DNA of 63,351 nucleotides, filler included, from an uncultured bacterium (GTDB taxonomy: Bacteria; B130-G9): assembly GCA_965372715.1 (NCBI GenBank). It is 5 parts of 5 records of this genome, joined end to end, with 100 filler letters (N's around TTAATTAATTAA, not from the genome) between each part and the next. Parts side by side here need not be neighbours in the genome. Positions count along the whole stretch, not along the records: positions 30,496 to 45,169 come from CBDVDH010000073.1; positions 45,270 to 59,606 come from CBDVDH010000074.1; 3 more parts are not named here. One strand, 5' to 3'. Shown here in pieces: positions 37,923-47,958 of this stretch. How positions within the stretch are numbered: the first letter of the stretch is position 1; every line of letters begins with the position of its first letter. The notes beneath the pieces are model-generated. The model was not told where the DNA came from, did no database searches, and saw only the letters and a program-made list of their open reading frames with translations. The translations under genes were made by a program, and so were the position numbers.

Positions 37923-40208
37923 TCACCGCATCTTGTGCGTGACGAAGTTCGAGAGAGCTCGAATCGCGCGGTCAATCTTACGGAAGCACGGCAGGCCGGC
38001 CTTCTCCATCATCGCGACGAATGGATCGTAGAGCGCCCCCGAGTCGATGGCGAAGACGACTGGCTTCTCAGTGTCTCTGAAGACGCGGACCATCCGATTG
38101 GGCAGGCTCGTCTCGCGGGAGATGTCCTCCTTGTGCGCCTCGCTTTTCTGAAGGTTCTCGAGAAAAGGCGTCGGGCACACAATCGAGATGACGGCGCACC
38201 GCACGTTCTCGTCGTCAACTAGCGCTCGCGCAATGAGCTCAAACGCCTCAGAGTTCGCGATAGGCGTTGTGTCTATCGGGTTCTTGGCCGTGACAATCCC
38301 GGGCGGTAAGAGCTCCTTCAGCTTCGCCATCGTCCCCGCCTCAAGCTTCGCGAGGTCCAGGTCGGAGAGATTGTCCGCACCGGCCGTCGCCTCGAACCCG
38401 GCGTTCGACATAATCCCCACGCCGAGACCAGAAACGTCCTTGCCCGCAAGGAGTGTGAAGACCTTGAAGTGATCCAAGAAGTCATCCAACGTCTCGACAA
38501 CAATCGCGCCCGATTGCCTTAAAAGGTCGCGGTTCAGCGCGTAGTCGCCGACCATCGCCGCGGTGTGGGAAGCGGCTGCCATTGCTCCTTCCAGGCTCCT
38601 GCCCGCCTTATAGACAAGCACGTCCTGCCCGCTCTTGGTGATGCTCTGACAAGCCTCAAAGAAGCCGATGCCGTCCAGCGGCTTGAAGCCCTCCAGATAG
38701 ACCGAAAAGAGGCTGATGTGCTCGTCCTGCATAAGGTATTCCAGATAGTCTCCGGCAGTCAGATCGATCTGGTTGCCGAATGAGATCGAATACCGCGGGT
38801 TTATGACACCGTCCAGGTTGCTCGCCTGCGTTACAAGGTATGCGCCGCTTTGGCTGATTGAGGCGGTGTTTTCGGCGCCGGCAGCGCTAAACGGCAGCTT
38901 ATACTTCGGCAGAAAGAAGGTGTTGTATTTGCCGGGCAGCGAGACGATGCCGAGGCAGTTGCCGCCGTTGACGATGGCGCCTCCGTCCTCCTGCTCATGC
39001 CCCTTGCGGATGGCGTCGATAAGCCGGTCCTCCAGCGCCTTGCCCTCGCCGGTCTCGCCGAAGCCGCTGGAAATGAGCGTGATCGAGTGCGTCTTTCTGC
39101 GCTCTATGAGTTCGATCATCAGGTTGACGCATCGGTCGCCGGCGGGGATCGTTACGACGGTCATATCGACCTGTTCTGGGATGTCACCGACCGACGCGAA
39201 GCACTTACAGCCGTCGATCTCGCTCTCCCTGGGATGCAGGATGTATATCTTGCTCTTATCGACGCCGCCGCCCTCAATCAGGTTCCGCAGGATTATCCGG
39301 CCGACGTTCATCCCGCTCCCCGACACGCCGACGACGAGCGCGCTTTTGGGCTCAAGCAGTTTCTTGATTTTGTGGATGGGCCGCTGCGTTCTTTCAATCT
39401 TCTTAGTGCTGAACTTGAGCAGCGCGTCCAGCGCCACGAGCTGGCCGCCGTCCGTAACGACGATGGGGTTCAGCTCGCACTCATCGATCGTGAATTCGTG
39501 CATGTCCGAGAGCGCCGAATACTCGCAGGCAAGCCGCGAAAGCGCCTCGACCCTGGACACGAGCACTTCGGCGGAAAGAACGCTCTCGGTCTGGCCCCTG
39601 CCCGGCTTCAAGAGCTTGTCCCCGGCGACCGTCTCCTTGACCATGCTGATAGTCTCGTCCGCGTCCAGGAACAGCGCCGAGCGGCTCGTGATGCTCTTTC
39701 CGGTCTGCATCCATTTTGCGAAGTTCTCGGTGTCAATGCCCCCGAGGCCGAACGAGATGACCGGCCCGAACGCGTCGTCCTGCCTGAAGCTGATAATGAG
39801 CTCCCGGCCCAGCTCGCCCCGGAACTCGATCATCTCCGCGATCATCACGCCCTTTACGTTCGCCGAGGGCGCCGCATTTTTGACGTTCTCGACGATCCGC
39901 GATATCTCGCCCCTCAGCGCCTCAACGTCTCGTCTGACAAACGCGATGCCGCCGACGTCGGTCTTGTGCAAAACGTCCGGGGACATAACCTTCGCCACAA
40001 CCATCTCCGTCGCGAGCTGCGAGACATCGAGTCTGGGACAACGCGCATCAATCTCGCTTAACGGGACTAATACCGACCGAGGCCGAGCGATACCGATTGC
40101 GTCGAGAACCTGATAGACCTCGCTCTCGGTGAGCGTGTCCCTGCCCTCCCTGGAGGCTGCGCCAAGCAACACGTCGATCTTCGAGAAATCAGAATCTGTC
40201 ATTATCAA
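37923..40208 (-). CDS. ADP-forming acyl/acetate-CoA ligase with swapped (beta-alpha) domain order
   Basis: N-terminal ATP-grasp (HKTDVGG, FGPVISFGLGG, ELNP), then CoA-binding (SSGFGE, GNCLG, SQSGA, ASHT, NPID). Confidence 0.92.
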   Translation of the reverse strand: MIMTDSDFSKIDVLLGAASREGRDTLTESEVYQVLDAIGIARPRSVLVPLSEIDARCPRLDVSQLATEMVVAKVMSPDVLHKTDVGGIAFVRRDVEALRGEISRIVENVKNAAPSANVKGVMIAEMIEFRGELGRELIISFRQDDAFGPVISFGLGGIDTENFAKWMQTGKSITSRSALFLDADETISMVKETVAGDKLLKPGRGQTESVLSAEVLVSRVEALSRLACEYSALSDMHEFTIDECELNPIVVTDGGQLVALDALLKFSTKKIERTQRPIHKIKKLLEPKSALVVGVSGSGMNVGRIILRNLIEGGGVDKSKIYILHPRESEIDGCKCFASVGDIPEQVDMTVVTIPAGDRCVNLMIELIERRKTHSITLISSGFGETGEGKALEDRLIDAIRKGHEQEDGGAIVNGGNCLGIVSLPGKYNTFFLPKYKLPFSAAGAENTASISQSGAYLVTQASNLDGVINPRYSISFGNQIDLTAGDYLEYLMQDEHISLFSVYLEGFKPLDGIGFFEACQSITKSGQDVLVYKAGRSLEGAMAAASHTAAMVGDYALNRDLLRQSGAIVVETLDDFLDHFKVFTLLAGKDVSGLGVGIMSNAGFEATAGADNLSDLDLAKLEAGTMAKLKELLPPGIVTAKNPIDTTPIANSEAFELIARALVDDENVRCAVISIVCPTPFLENLQKSEAHKEDISRETSLPNRMVRVFRDTEKPVVFAIDSGALYDPFVAMMEKAGLPCFRKIDRAIRALSNFVTHKMR

Positions 40209-40475
40209 AGCTCCATGTTGTTATCTCTTATCGGGATTCGGCAGCTGAGCGATGAACCCAGATTGAACGGCAAACTACCGGTTATCGGCTCAGATCGCAA
40301 GAGGCCAGCACACCCGAAAGACCAGATTGATGTGGAATACCGTGGTGTCTTCAACTCGTTTGACCTCTTCGACCGGTTCCGTTTTACGGAAGCTCCTCAG
40401 GCTTGACTGGTTGCGATAATACCGGAGTTTCTGGCAGTATTCGTCGCATCTAGGAGATTCTTCAGAGGAGTATAT

Positions 40476-41390
40476 GTGAAGTTCTATCGCAGCATTTTGG
40501 AATTGATCGGCAACACGCCGCTTCTGCGACTTGCGCGCTTGGCGCCGGAGCATCAGATATACGCCAAATGCGAGTTCATGAACCCCTTGAGCATCAAAGA
40601 CCGACCGGTGCTACAGATTATCGAGGACGCCGAGCGAGCGGGGACTCTGAAGCCGGGTGGAGTCCTGATCGAGATGACGAGCGGTAATACCGGAATGGCC
40701 GTGGCCTTTATTGCCGCCATTAAGGGCTACAAAGCCATCTTGGTAATGTCCGAGATCCAGAGCCTGGAGCGTCGAAAGGTGCTGAAGGCATTCGGCGCCG
40801 AACTGATTCTGACGCCGGCCTCGCTGGGCACTGAGGGGGCGAGGCGCAAGCTCAAGGATATGCTTGCGGAGCATCCCGAATACTTCTACGTGGGCCAGCA
40901 CGTTAGTCCATCAAATCCCAAGGCGCATTATGAAAACACGGGTCCTGAGATATGGGCGGACACCGATGGCCGGGTCGATATCCTGGTCGCCGGGCTGGGG
41001 ACCGGCGGGACTATCTGCGGGGCAGGGCGATATCTGAAGGAGAAGAAGAAGGGCGTGGAACTGGTCGCCATCGAGCCAAAAGAATCGCCCTACATCTCAG
41101 AGGGCATCTTCCGACCTCACCGCATGATGGGCACCGCGCCGGGCTTCTATCCTGAGACGCTGGACCGGGAGGTCATAGACGAGATCTTCTTGGTCAGCGA
41201 GCAGGAGGCCTTCGAATGCTGCCGAGCGATCGCCCGCAAAGAGGGCGTCTTGGTGGGAATCTCATCCGGCGCCGTGGCCCACGCCGCGCTCGCCATCGCC
41301 AAGCGGCCCCAGAACGAAGGCAAAGTCATAGTGTGCGTCTTTGCGGACACCGGCCAAAGATACCTGAGCGTGGAGGGGCTGTTTTCGTGA
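40476..41390 (+). CDS. cysK: Cysteine synthase (O-acetylserine sulfhydrylase)
   Basis: IGNTPL, SIKDR, TSGNTG, GLGTGGT, GISSGA, DTGQRYLS. Confidence 0.93.
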   Translation: MKFYRSILELIGNTPLLRLARLAPEHQIYAKCEFMNPLSIKDRPVLQIIEDAERAGTLKPGGVLIEMTSGNTGMAVAFIAAIKGYKAILVMSEIQSLERRKVLKAFGAELILTPASLGTEGARRKLKDMLAEHPEYFYVGQHVSPSNPKAHYENTGPEIWADTDGRVDILVAGLGTGGTICGAGRYLKEKKKGVELVAIEPKESPYISEGIFRPHRMMGTAPGFYPETLDREVIDEIFLVSEQEAFECCRAIARKEGVLVGISSGAVAHAALAIAKRPQNEGKVIVCVFADTGQRYLSVEGLFS

Positions 41391-41424
41391 TCTCTCGTAA
41401 AGAGAAAAAGAATGAGACATCCGT

Positions 41425-42198
41425 ATGAAACAGCCTGACATTGACGACCTGGTAAATCGCTTTCGATCGCCTGAAGTAAAGGCGATAGTCCTGATGGGGA
41501 GTTTCGCACGCGAAGATGCGGGCCGATTCAGCGACGTTGACCTTTTGCGCTTCGTAAAGGAAGAGGCGAAAGATCGACCGTCGGCTGTAAGCCGTGTGAT
41601 CGATGGACGTCTGGTCGTTGTCTGCGATATTGCGCCGAACAAGATCGACAGCTGGTTCACGAGGCCTGAGGAAGCGACAGGAATCATAGTCGGTCTTCGG
41701 GACGCGCAGCCGGTCTGGGACCCCGACGGCTACTTCGAGGAGATTCAGAGGCGCGCCCGAGAATTCGTCTGGGACAGTTCGATGCAGGAGAAGGCGGATG
41801 TTTATGCCAGCCGCGAGATGGTTGGTTGGGCGGAGGAGGCCCACAAGGGGCTGGAGGGTCTAAGAACGAACGACGCTGGCCGTATGCTGAATGCACAATT
41901 CGGCTTATCCTGGGGCCTGACAACGGTCGTGCGAGTGCAGCGAGGCGTCCTCCTTACCACTGATAACTCGTTTTCTTCGGAGGTCATTGCGGCAGTCGGC
42001 GAGGATTCGGAGTGGGGGAAGCTATGTAGCACAGCGTTCGACATTGAGGGGAAGCTGCCGCTCTCGGAGCAGGTGAAGGCCTGGCTTTGGTTGTACGTTC
42101 TCACAGCCAGAATGATCGAGAATGCAATAAAGCCCGAAGACAAGGACGTAATCGACCACACCGTGTCGCTGATTCAAGTCGAACTTGAGAGGCGCTAG
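41425..42198 (+). CDS. Pol-beta-like nucleotidyltransferase with helical C-terminus (KNTase-like)
   Basis: LMGSFAR...FSDVDL motif. Confidence 0.8.
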   Translation: MKQPDIDDLVNRFRSPEVKAIVLMGSFAREDAGRFSDVDLLRFVKEEAKDRPSAVSRVIDGRLVVVCDIAPNKIDSWFTRPEEATGIIVGLRDAQPVWDPDGYFEEIQRRAREFVWDSSMQEKADVYASREMVGWAEEAHKGLEGLRTNDAGRMLNAQFGLSWGLTTVVRVQRGVLLTTDNSFSSEVIAAVGEDSEWGKLCSTAFDIEGKLPLSEQVKAWLWLYVLTARMIENAIKPEDKDVIDHTVSLIQVELERR

Positions 42199-43373
42199 GC
42201 CCGCCTCGCCACCTTGTTCGCAAGGATCGAGATGAGACCGCCAAGGCCGATGTAGCCGAGGATGACCTCGAGACAGGCCGAAAACTGGCCAAAGCCGGCC
42301 TTTGGAAAGATGTCTCCGAACCCTAAAGTCGTGAAAGCCACTATGCTAAAGTAGAGGTTCTGACCAAAGCACTCGATGTTCGCTCCGTCCTTATCGGTCA
42401 AGCAATCACACCAGTCGTAGAGACAGGCAAAGACGAATGCAAATGCAAAACACCAGACTGCCCATAACCCGAATGACTGACCGTAGAAGCAGGACCTCCG
42501 CCAGAACCGAGCCCAACTGGGACGGTGTTTGTGGATGTCCTCGACGTAGGCAGCGTCCTTGATCTGCCGTCTCATGACCGAGTCGACTTTGGCCGTGTCC
42601 ATTCCGGCGACGCTACTCCACCGTGTCACGTCTATACGGCTCCTGTTAGACATGAGGGAACGGAACGTGAGCAAAAATGCAACGGCAGGTTCTTTGAGCA
42701 ACTGGGGGCGCTTCAGTTTCTCTTCATGGACGTTATTCGACTTCTTCTCAGCGAGTCTGGCGATTCTGTGAGTCGACCTTAGTAAGTAGCAAATCAGCCT
42801 GCGCCCGCAGTAGCAGCGTCTCATTCTGTGCAGGCAGTGCTTGCCCCAGTCATGTTTGCGGAGTTTCTCACGGAACCACAGACACCCGTCCCCGAGCATT
42901 ACCCAGAGGGTGTATCTCGTCCATTCGATGTCGAATAGATGGGTGTGGTATAGGTCCACTCTTGAAAGATCTGCACCCTTGAGATTGGCTTCCTGAAGTT
43001 TGGCCCAATGGAGATTCGCTCCCTTGAGATTTGTACCCTTGAGGTTTGCTTCCTTAAGTTGAGCTCCCTCAAGTTGAGCTTCCTCCAGATTCGCTCGTCG
43101 GAGATTAATGGATTTCCTTTCGACGCCGACACGATCGAAAATGACGTGTTCAAGGTGCGCTTTCTGGAGGCGGTTTTTTCTATCGACAACATAATGCTGG
43201 TAGGAGTGCATCTTGTTAGCATCCGGCGCCCAATGTTTCCAGCAGCGCTTCTGGTGATAATTCGGAGCGTCCTTGTCATTCCAGCCGAAGAGCGGGGCTC
43301 TTCGTTCCTTTAACCCTCTTCGCCCCTGCCGGAACTCCTGTTCGCATTTTTCGCAGAATCTGTCATTCGCCAT
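42195..43373 (-). CDS. Pentapeptide-repeat protein with C-terminal two-TM ion-channel domain
   Basis: ANLEEAQLEGAQLKEANLKG repeats; YFSIVAFTTLGFGDIFP pore motif. Confidence 0.85.
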   Translation of the reverse strand: MANDRFCEKCEQEFRQGRRGLKERRAPLFGWNDKDAPNYHQKRCWKHWAPDANKMHSYQHYVVDRKNRLQKAHLEHVIFDRVGVERKSINLRRANLEEAQLEGAQLKEANLKGTNLKGANLHWAKLQEANLKGADLSRVDLYHTHLFDIEWTRYTLWVMLGDGCLWFREKLRKHDWGKHCLHRMRRCYCGRRLICYLLRSTHRIARLAEKKSNNVHEEKLKRPQLLKEPAVAFLLTFRSLMSNRSRIDVTRWSSVAGMDTAKVDSVMRRQIKDAAYVEDIHKHRPSWARFWRRSCFYGQSFGLWAVWCFAFAFVFACLYDWCDCLTDKDGANIECFGQNLYFSIVAFTTLGFGDIFPKAGFGQFSACLEVILGYIGLGGLISILANKVARRA

Positions 43374-43494
43374 CTCGATCTCCTTTTGGAAACAGGAGAA
43401 TAACGAAATGAGATGCGATGGGCAAGCGTTTCAGAGTCTATGTGGGGCGGAGTCCTTGGGGGCAGAGTGGAGGAGGGGGTGTCGTGGCGTGTCC

Positions 43495-43701
43495 TGAATC
43501 CGCCCATCTGAAGATGGGGGTTAATGAAATGGTAGCCCGAGGGATCGCCTCGGCTGAAGCCGGGCGATGAGCTGGCCACCGTGACCACCGCAAGGGCGGC
43601 CTTGAATGACCCGCGCGCACATTCGGCGCTATGAATCACTGCGTTTCAACGCGGTGATATAGATAGCTCTAATTATATTAACACCCGATTTCAATCGGGT
43701 G
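43495..43701. repeat. Cluster of TGAA/TTCA-loop palindromes
   Basis: cccatctgaagatggg, gcctcggctgaagccgggc, tcactgcgtttcaacgcggtga, cacccgatttcaatcgggtg; the first recurs at 59581-59606. Confidence 0.75.
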
Positions 43702-43777
43702 ACCTGGAGAACGCGCGGGGCCACCCTCCTCCTCACCGGAATCCTGATCTGAGGACTATAGAGCGGAGGCTCTCTGC

Positions 43778-44944
43778 CTATTCAAGCGCAGACTGGACCG
43801 TGACGAAGTCCATGACGTCAACGTCGCCGGGGTAGTCGTCCTGTGTTGTGTCGAGCGCGGCGTAGAACGTGTAATCACCCGGGGCGCCGAGGCAGCCCTG
43901 GAAGACGGGGAAGTCGGCCACGTCGATCATGCCGTCCTCGTCGAAGTCAATCGTTGGCGTAAGGTCCGGCTGCCAGCCGGTCGGATAGACATAGGAGAAC
44001 CATCCGAACGGCGTGTCAGCGGCGATCCAGAGCTCGTAGGGCGGCGTTGAGCTTCCGCCGTCGCCCAAACAGAGCGTCACGGTAACCGTCTCGTCGCAGC
44101 CAACACCGAGGAAGTCCGGCTCACCATTGGCGTGGAGGTAGATATATGGCTCATCGGCTGCATCGGGGTCCCACCCGGCGAGGCGCGCCAACATCCACCA
44201 GACGGCGCGGCCCTTTTGCTCGCAGCTTTCGTAGGTCGTGTGCCCCGCCTCGTTCCCGTTGAAGTGCGGGTGCTCGAGCGGGACCTTGATGTGGTTGTAA
44301 TTGTAGGCGTGCTGCTGGCCGTCGAACCAGGCGTCCAGGTCGGCGAAATCGAATAGAACTTTGTCGTTCTCGCGGCAGAATGCGCGAATCTCCTCGTTGA
44401 ACTGGTAGCGGTTGTAACCGCTCTCGCCATCGGCCTGAGCATTTCCTGTCATATATATAAAGGTTACGTCGGGGTTTGCGTCCTCGAACGCCTGCATATT
44501 GGTTAGATAATCGTCCAGGTAATCTTCCCAGTCGCTGTATGTGGCCTGGCCGCACCAGCTGAACATAGAGACATTGATGATGGGGTTGTTATCCAGAATC
44601 GCCTGCGTGTTGGCGTAATACGCCGCTGGGTCGTTGCTGGGGTGGTAGATGCACAGCGCGCCCTCCGTGGACGGCAGGCTCGATGTGCTCATCACAACGT
44701 CGAACGTCGCGTCGTCGCTCTCGATTCTGCTCAGACCCGTGGTCAGCTGCGAGCCGTGGGACGTGTGCCCGTAGTGCAGCTTGATCTGCTCCTGCGCCGC
44801 GTCGATCCACTCTGGCGGGATAGCCGACAGGTCGATGCAATTGTGATCGATAACGATCGCCTCGGCTAGCCCTGTCTGCCATGCAACAGAGCAGGCTAGT
44901 AGTGCGAATATACCGCTAAGAAGAGCTCTTGCGCCAATACTCAT
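43778..44944 (-). CDS. Secreted hypothetical protein (HTSHGSQ family, possibly SGNH-like) with C-terminal beta-sandwich
   Basis: AGGAG RBS, signal peptide, [37 protein letters not shown]. Confidence 0.75.
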   Translation of the reverse strand: MSIGARALLSGIFALLACSVAWQTGLAEAIVIDHNCIDLSAIPPEWIDAAQEQIKLHYGHTSHGSQLTTGLSRIESDDATFDVVMSTSSLPSTEGALCIYHPSNDPAAYYANTQAILDNNPIINVSMFSWCGQATYSDWEDYLDDYLTNMQAFEDANPDVTFIYMTGNAQADGESGYNRYQFNEEIRAFCRENDKVLFDFADLDAWFDGQQHAYNYNHIKVPLEHPHFNGNEAGHTTYESCEQKGRAVWWMLARLAGWDPDAADEPYIYLHANGEPDFLGVGCDETVTVTLCLGDGGSSTPPYELWIAADTPFGWFSYVYPTGWQPDLTPTIDFDEDGMIDVADFPVFQGCLGAPGDYTFYAALDTTQDDYPGDVDVMDFVTVQSALE

Positions 44945-45169
44945 GCCATCTTCTCCTAAGGTGCTTGGTTTCTGTGTTCGGTCCGCAGGCCTTGTGGCCT
45001 CGCGCCACGAAACGCCACCAACCAGTTTCCCATGATCCACGTGGGAACATCAACCTCTGTTCGATGACGGATTTCCCCATTGGTCCGTATTATTCATAAA
45101 CTCGCGATGCCATGAGGTGTGTGGCGGGGGGGGGGGGGGGGGGGGGGTGGGGGGTGGGGGCTGGCGCGG

Positions 45170-45269
45170 NNNNNNNNNNNNNNNNNNNNNNNNNNNNNNN
45201 NNNNNNNNNNNNNTTAATTAATTAANNNNNNNNNNNNNNNNNNNNNNNNNNNNNNNNNNNNNNNNNNNN
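45170..45269. other. Artificial contig linker
   Basis: N44-TTAATTAATTAA-N44. Confidence 0.99.
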
Positions 45270-45327
45270 CCCCGCCCTTCATACGTTCGATCACATCAGA
45301 AAAGGGCGGGGCAAGCACCGCCCCTAC
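45270..45327. repeat. GTAG REPIN at the contig start
   Basis: Partial REP, spacer and exact inverted REP at 45304-45327; the reverse complement of 45270-45288 matches window positions 3-21. Confidence 0.88.
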
Positions 45328-45372
45328 GAAGTGCAACACTCGGCCATAGGCTAGCTTGCCCACGCAGCCATG

Positions 45373-45855
45373 CTAAAGCTCCGTAACCTCGACGTTCATC
45401 GTGGACAGGTCCAGAACGACGATCGACGCGCGGTTCGTCAGGTAGCCGCAACACTCGCCGGGGTTTATCAGAAGCGCCTCGCGATTATCGACCCTCATCT
45501 TGTGAGTGTGGCCGTGTATCACGACGTCGTAATCTCTCGACCTTGAAACTGACTCGATGAAATCCGGATGGTGGAAGACGAGAATCCGCTTGCCCTCCAG
45601 TTCCAGCGAGAGATAGCGCTCGTGGAACTCGGCGATCCCATCGAAGGATTTGACGAGAAAGCTCTTGTCTCCGTCGTTGTTGCCGAAGACCGCTTTCATC
45701 GGGCATTTCAAGTTCCCGAAGACCTTCGCAGTGAACGGGGAGATGATGTCGCCCGCGTGGATTACATGTTTGACCTTCTGGTCATTGAAAAATGCCACTG
45801 CCTTCTCGATATTCGGCAGAAAATCATGCGTGTCAGCGATTATCCCTATCTTCAA
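45373..45855 (-). CDS. YfcE/MJ0936-family metallophosphoesterase
   Basis: GGAGG RBS plus TTG start; ADTHD, HAGD, GNND, HGHTH, NPGE. Confidence 0.92.
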   Translation of the reverse strand: MKIGIIADTHDFLPNIEKAVAFFNDQKVKHVIHAGDIISPFTAKVFGNLKCPMKAVFGNNDGDKSFLVKSFDGIAEFHERYLSLELEGKRILVFHHPDFIESVSRSRDYDVVIHGHTHKMRVDNREALLINPGECCGYLTNRASIVVLDLSTMNVEVTEL

Positions 45856-45883
45856 TGCGTTATCCCTCCCTTGAGATTCTTGG

Positions 45884-46008
45884 CCACGAATGGACACGAA
45901 TTAACACGAATAGGGGCATAAGCCGATTCCACCTTCCCTTCGTGCTCCTTAGTGTCCTTCGTGGATCCGGGTTCTATTAGATGTTTCATCCACGAAGACA
46001 CACGAAGA
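45884..46008. repeat. 125-bp dispersed element built of nested CACGAA 10-mer tandem repeats
   Basis: Reverse complement of 61208-61332 with about 6 mismatches. Confidence 0.9.
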
Positions 46009-46108
46009 AAACGGGCGGGTCTGAGACCACGTCACTACGTGGATTCCCTTTTCCCTCTTCTCCTTTCTTCCTTTTCTCCCCCCTGCATTTGTGTTCATTC
46101 GTGGCTAC

Positions 46109-47161
46109 TCACTTCTCGAAGAGCTTGGTCAAGCTCTTAGTGTAGGGCGGCTTGGCGATGCCCTTCTCGGTGATTATAGCAGTAACGAGCTCGTTGGGCG
46201 TCACGTCGAACGAGGGGTTCTTGACCGGCACGCCCTCGGGCACGATCCGTCGCTCGCCGATGTGCGTCACCTCGTCCGGGGAACGCTCCTCGATCGGTAT
46301 TCCCGTCCCGTCGGATAGCGTCAAGTCGATCGTGCTGAGAGGCGCAGCGACATAGAACGGGATATTGTGGTGTGATGCGAGCACGGCGACAGAATAGGTC
46401 CCGATCTTGTTTGCCACGTCGCCATTGGCGGCGATCCTGTCCGCGCCGACGACCGCCTTCTGGACCATCCCCTTTGCCATTAGGCTGCCGGCCATATTGT
46501 CGGTGATGGCCGTGACAGGAATGCCGTCTTTGGAAAGCTCCCACGCGGTCAGCCTCGCGCCCTGCAAGAAAGGTCTGGTCTCGTCCGCGATGACATCTAC
46601 CTTCTTGCCTGCCTCAACCGCGGCCCTGATGACGCCGAGCGCAGTACCATAACCAGCCGTCGCGAGCGCCCCGGCGTTGCAGTGCGTCAGGACGGTATCG
46701 CCGTCATCGATCAATGAGGCGCCGAACTTGCCAATCCGGCGGTTGGTCTCGACATCCTCCGACTGTATCGCGAGCGCCTCGGCCACGAGAGCTTCTCGGA
46801 TGGCGCCAATCTCCTCGTCTTTCAGCCCCTCGAGCCGACGTTTCATGCGGTCCAGCGCCCAGAAGAGGTTGACGGCAGTGGGTCTGGTTGAGGCGAGCAT
46901 TTTGAACGCTGGTTCCATGTTTTTGGAGAATTCGTCGAAATCCGATGCAGGGACCATCTCGGCAGCCAAGGCCACGCCCATGGCGGCAGCAACCCCGATC
47001 GCGGGGGCGCCTCGGATGACCATCGTCCTGATGGCATCGGCAACGCCTTGATAATCATCATACAGGTTGTAGGTCTCGCGGTCAGGCAGAAGCCGCTGGT
47101 CGAGCATGCTGACGCCCTCTTCGAGCCATTCTATTGTATAAAAGCCCCTCTTTTGACTCAC
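46109..47161 (-). CDS. mtnA: S-methyl-5-thioribose-1-phosphate isomerase
   Basis: [52 protein letters not shown]. Confidence 0.96.
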   Translation of the reverse strand: MSQKRGFYTIEWLEEGVSMLDQRLLPDRETYNLYDDYQGVADAIRTMVIRGAPAIGVAAAMGVALAAEMVPASDFDEFSKNMEPAFKMLASTRPTAVNLFWALDRMKRRLEGLKDEEIGAIREALVAEALAIQSEDVETNRRIGKFGASLIDDGDTVLTHCNAGALATAGYGTALGVIRAAVEAGKKVDVIADETRPFLQGARLTAWELSKDGIPVTAITDNMAGSLMAKGMVQKAVVGADRIAANGDVANKIGTYSVAVLASHHNIPFYVAAPLSTIDLTLSDGTGIPIEERSPDEVTHIGERRIVPEGVPVKNPSFDVTPNELVTAIITEKGIAKPPYTKSLTKLFEK

Positions 47162-47432
47162 GCCTTGCGCTCCTCATCTTGCTGCGTATCACCAGATGTC
47201 AGACGACGGACAGGTTGTCAGTTTCAGTCTCAGAGTTCAAGGCTGAAGGCCAAGGCCCGAGAAATCAGATTGACCCAAGCAGCGAGTGACCTTTTGGAGT
47301 GCGTCCGCCGCGCGGCGGATTTCATTGGTGGTGGCTCGACACCACCCTCTGATAGACGCCTGTCTTGAACTTGCAGGCCGTGTCCCAGAGAACAGGACGT
47401 TGTCCAAAAGAGCCCACGCCGTGTCAAGCCGC

Positions 47433-47740
47433 GGCAAGCGACTCGAGGGCTTCAACTGATTTTTGTGGGTGATTATCAGCGCGCTGGGGATGTCCCTCGG
47501 TTTCGATGGCCCCATCTTCTCAGTCACCCTTTCCATGTTGCTTGGGCTGGCTACTATTGCTCTTTGTTTCTGGGCCGCTGGCCGGATTTGGGCGCCAGAG
47601 CAGAATGCGAAGGGCGCTGCGCGGTTTTTCTGTTGCTGGATGATCACGGCGCCGGCGGTCATAGGGTATTGGGCCCTATCGGGAATGGAAACAGAGCTAT
47701 ACTCGGTCCTCCTGATACTCGGAACGGTGCACATCTATCT
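47433..47740 (+). pseudogene. Fragment of a GT-C-type membrane glycosyltransferase-like gene
   Basis: GKRLEGFN*FLWV (resembles G.RVEGY.N.LW) with an in-frame TGA; YWALSGMETELY; both ends missing. Confidence 0.6.
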
Positions 47741-47770
47741 GCCTTCAACGCGTTCTTTAGCTCCCTACCC

Positions 47771-47799
47771 GTTAAACCTTTTTGCGCCCCGTCTTGTCT
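47771..47799 (+). promoter_or_regulatory. Putative ECF sigma promoter 1
   Basis: GTTAAAC-N17-TGTCT. Confidence 0.75.
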
Positions 47800-47958
47800 T
47801 AATGGCCAGAAGCAAAATAGCAGTCGTGTCGGAAAGTGGGATGGAGAACTAATCGGTTTGGCGATGAGGAAATCGAAAGACAGCACTTATTTGCCGATGG
47901 AAGAGCATTTGTTTCAGTCAACTGATCGCAAGATCGGAACACAACAACGGAGGAATGT

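Noticed and set aside
38773-40113. 446-aa and 354-aa plus-strand ORFs and many similar overlapping ORFs
   Set aside because: Antisense shadows of real genes in GC-rich DNA, with no motifs.
45122-45169. Poly-G tract (possible G-quadruplex or phase-variable tract)
   Set aside because: It lies at a contig end and looks like low-quality sequence.
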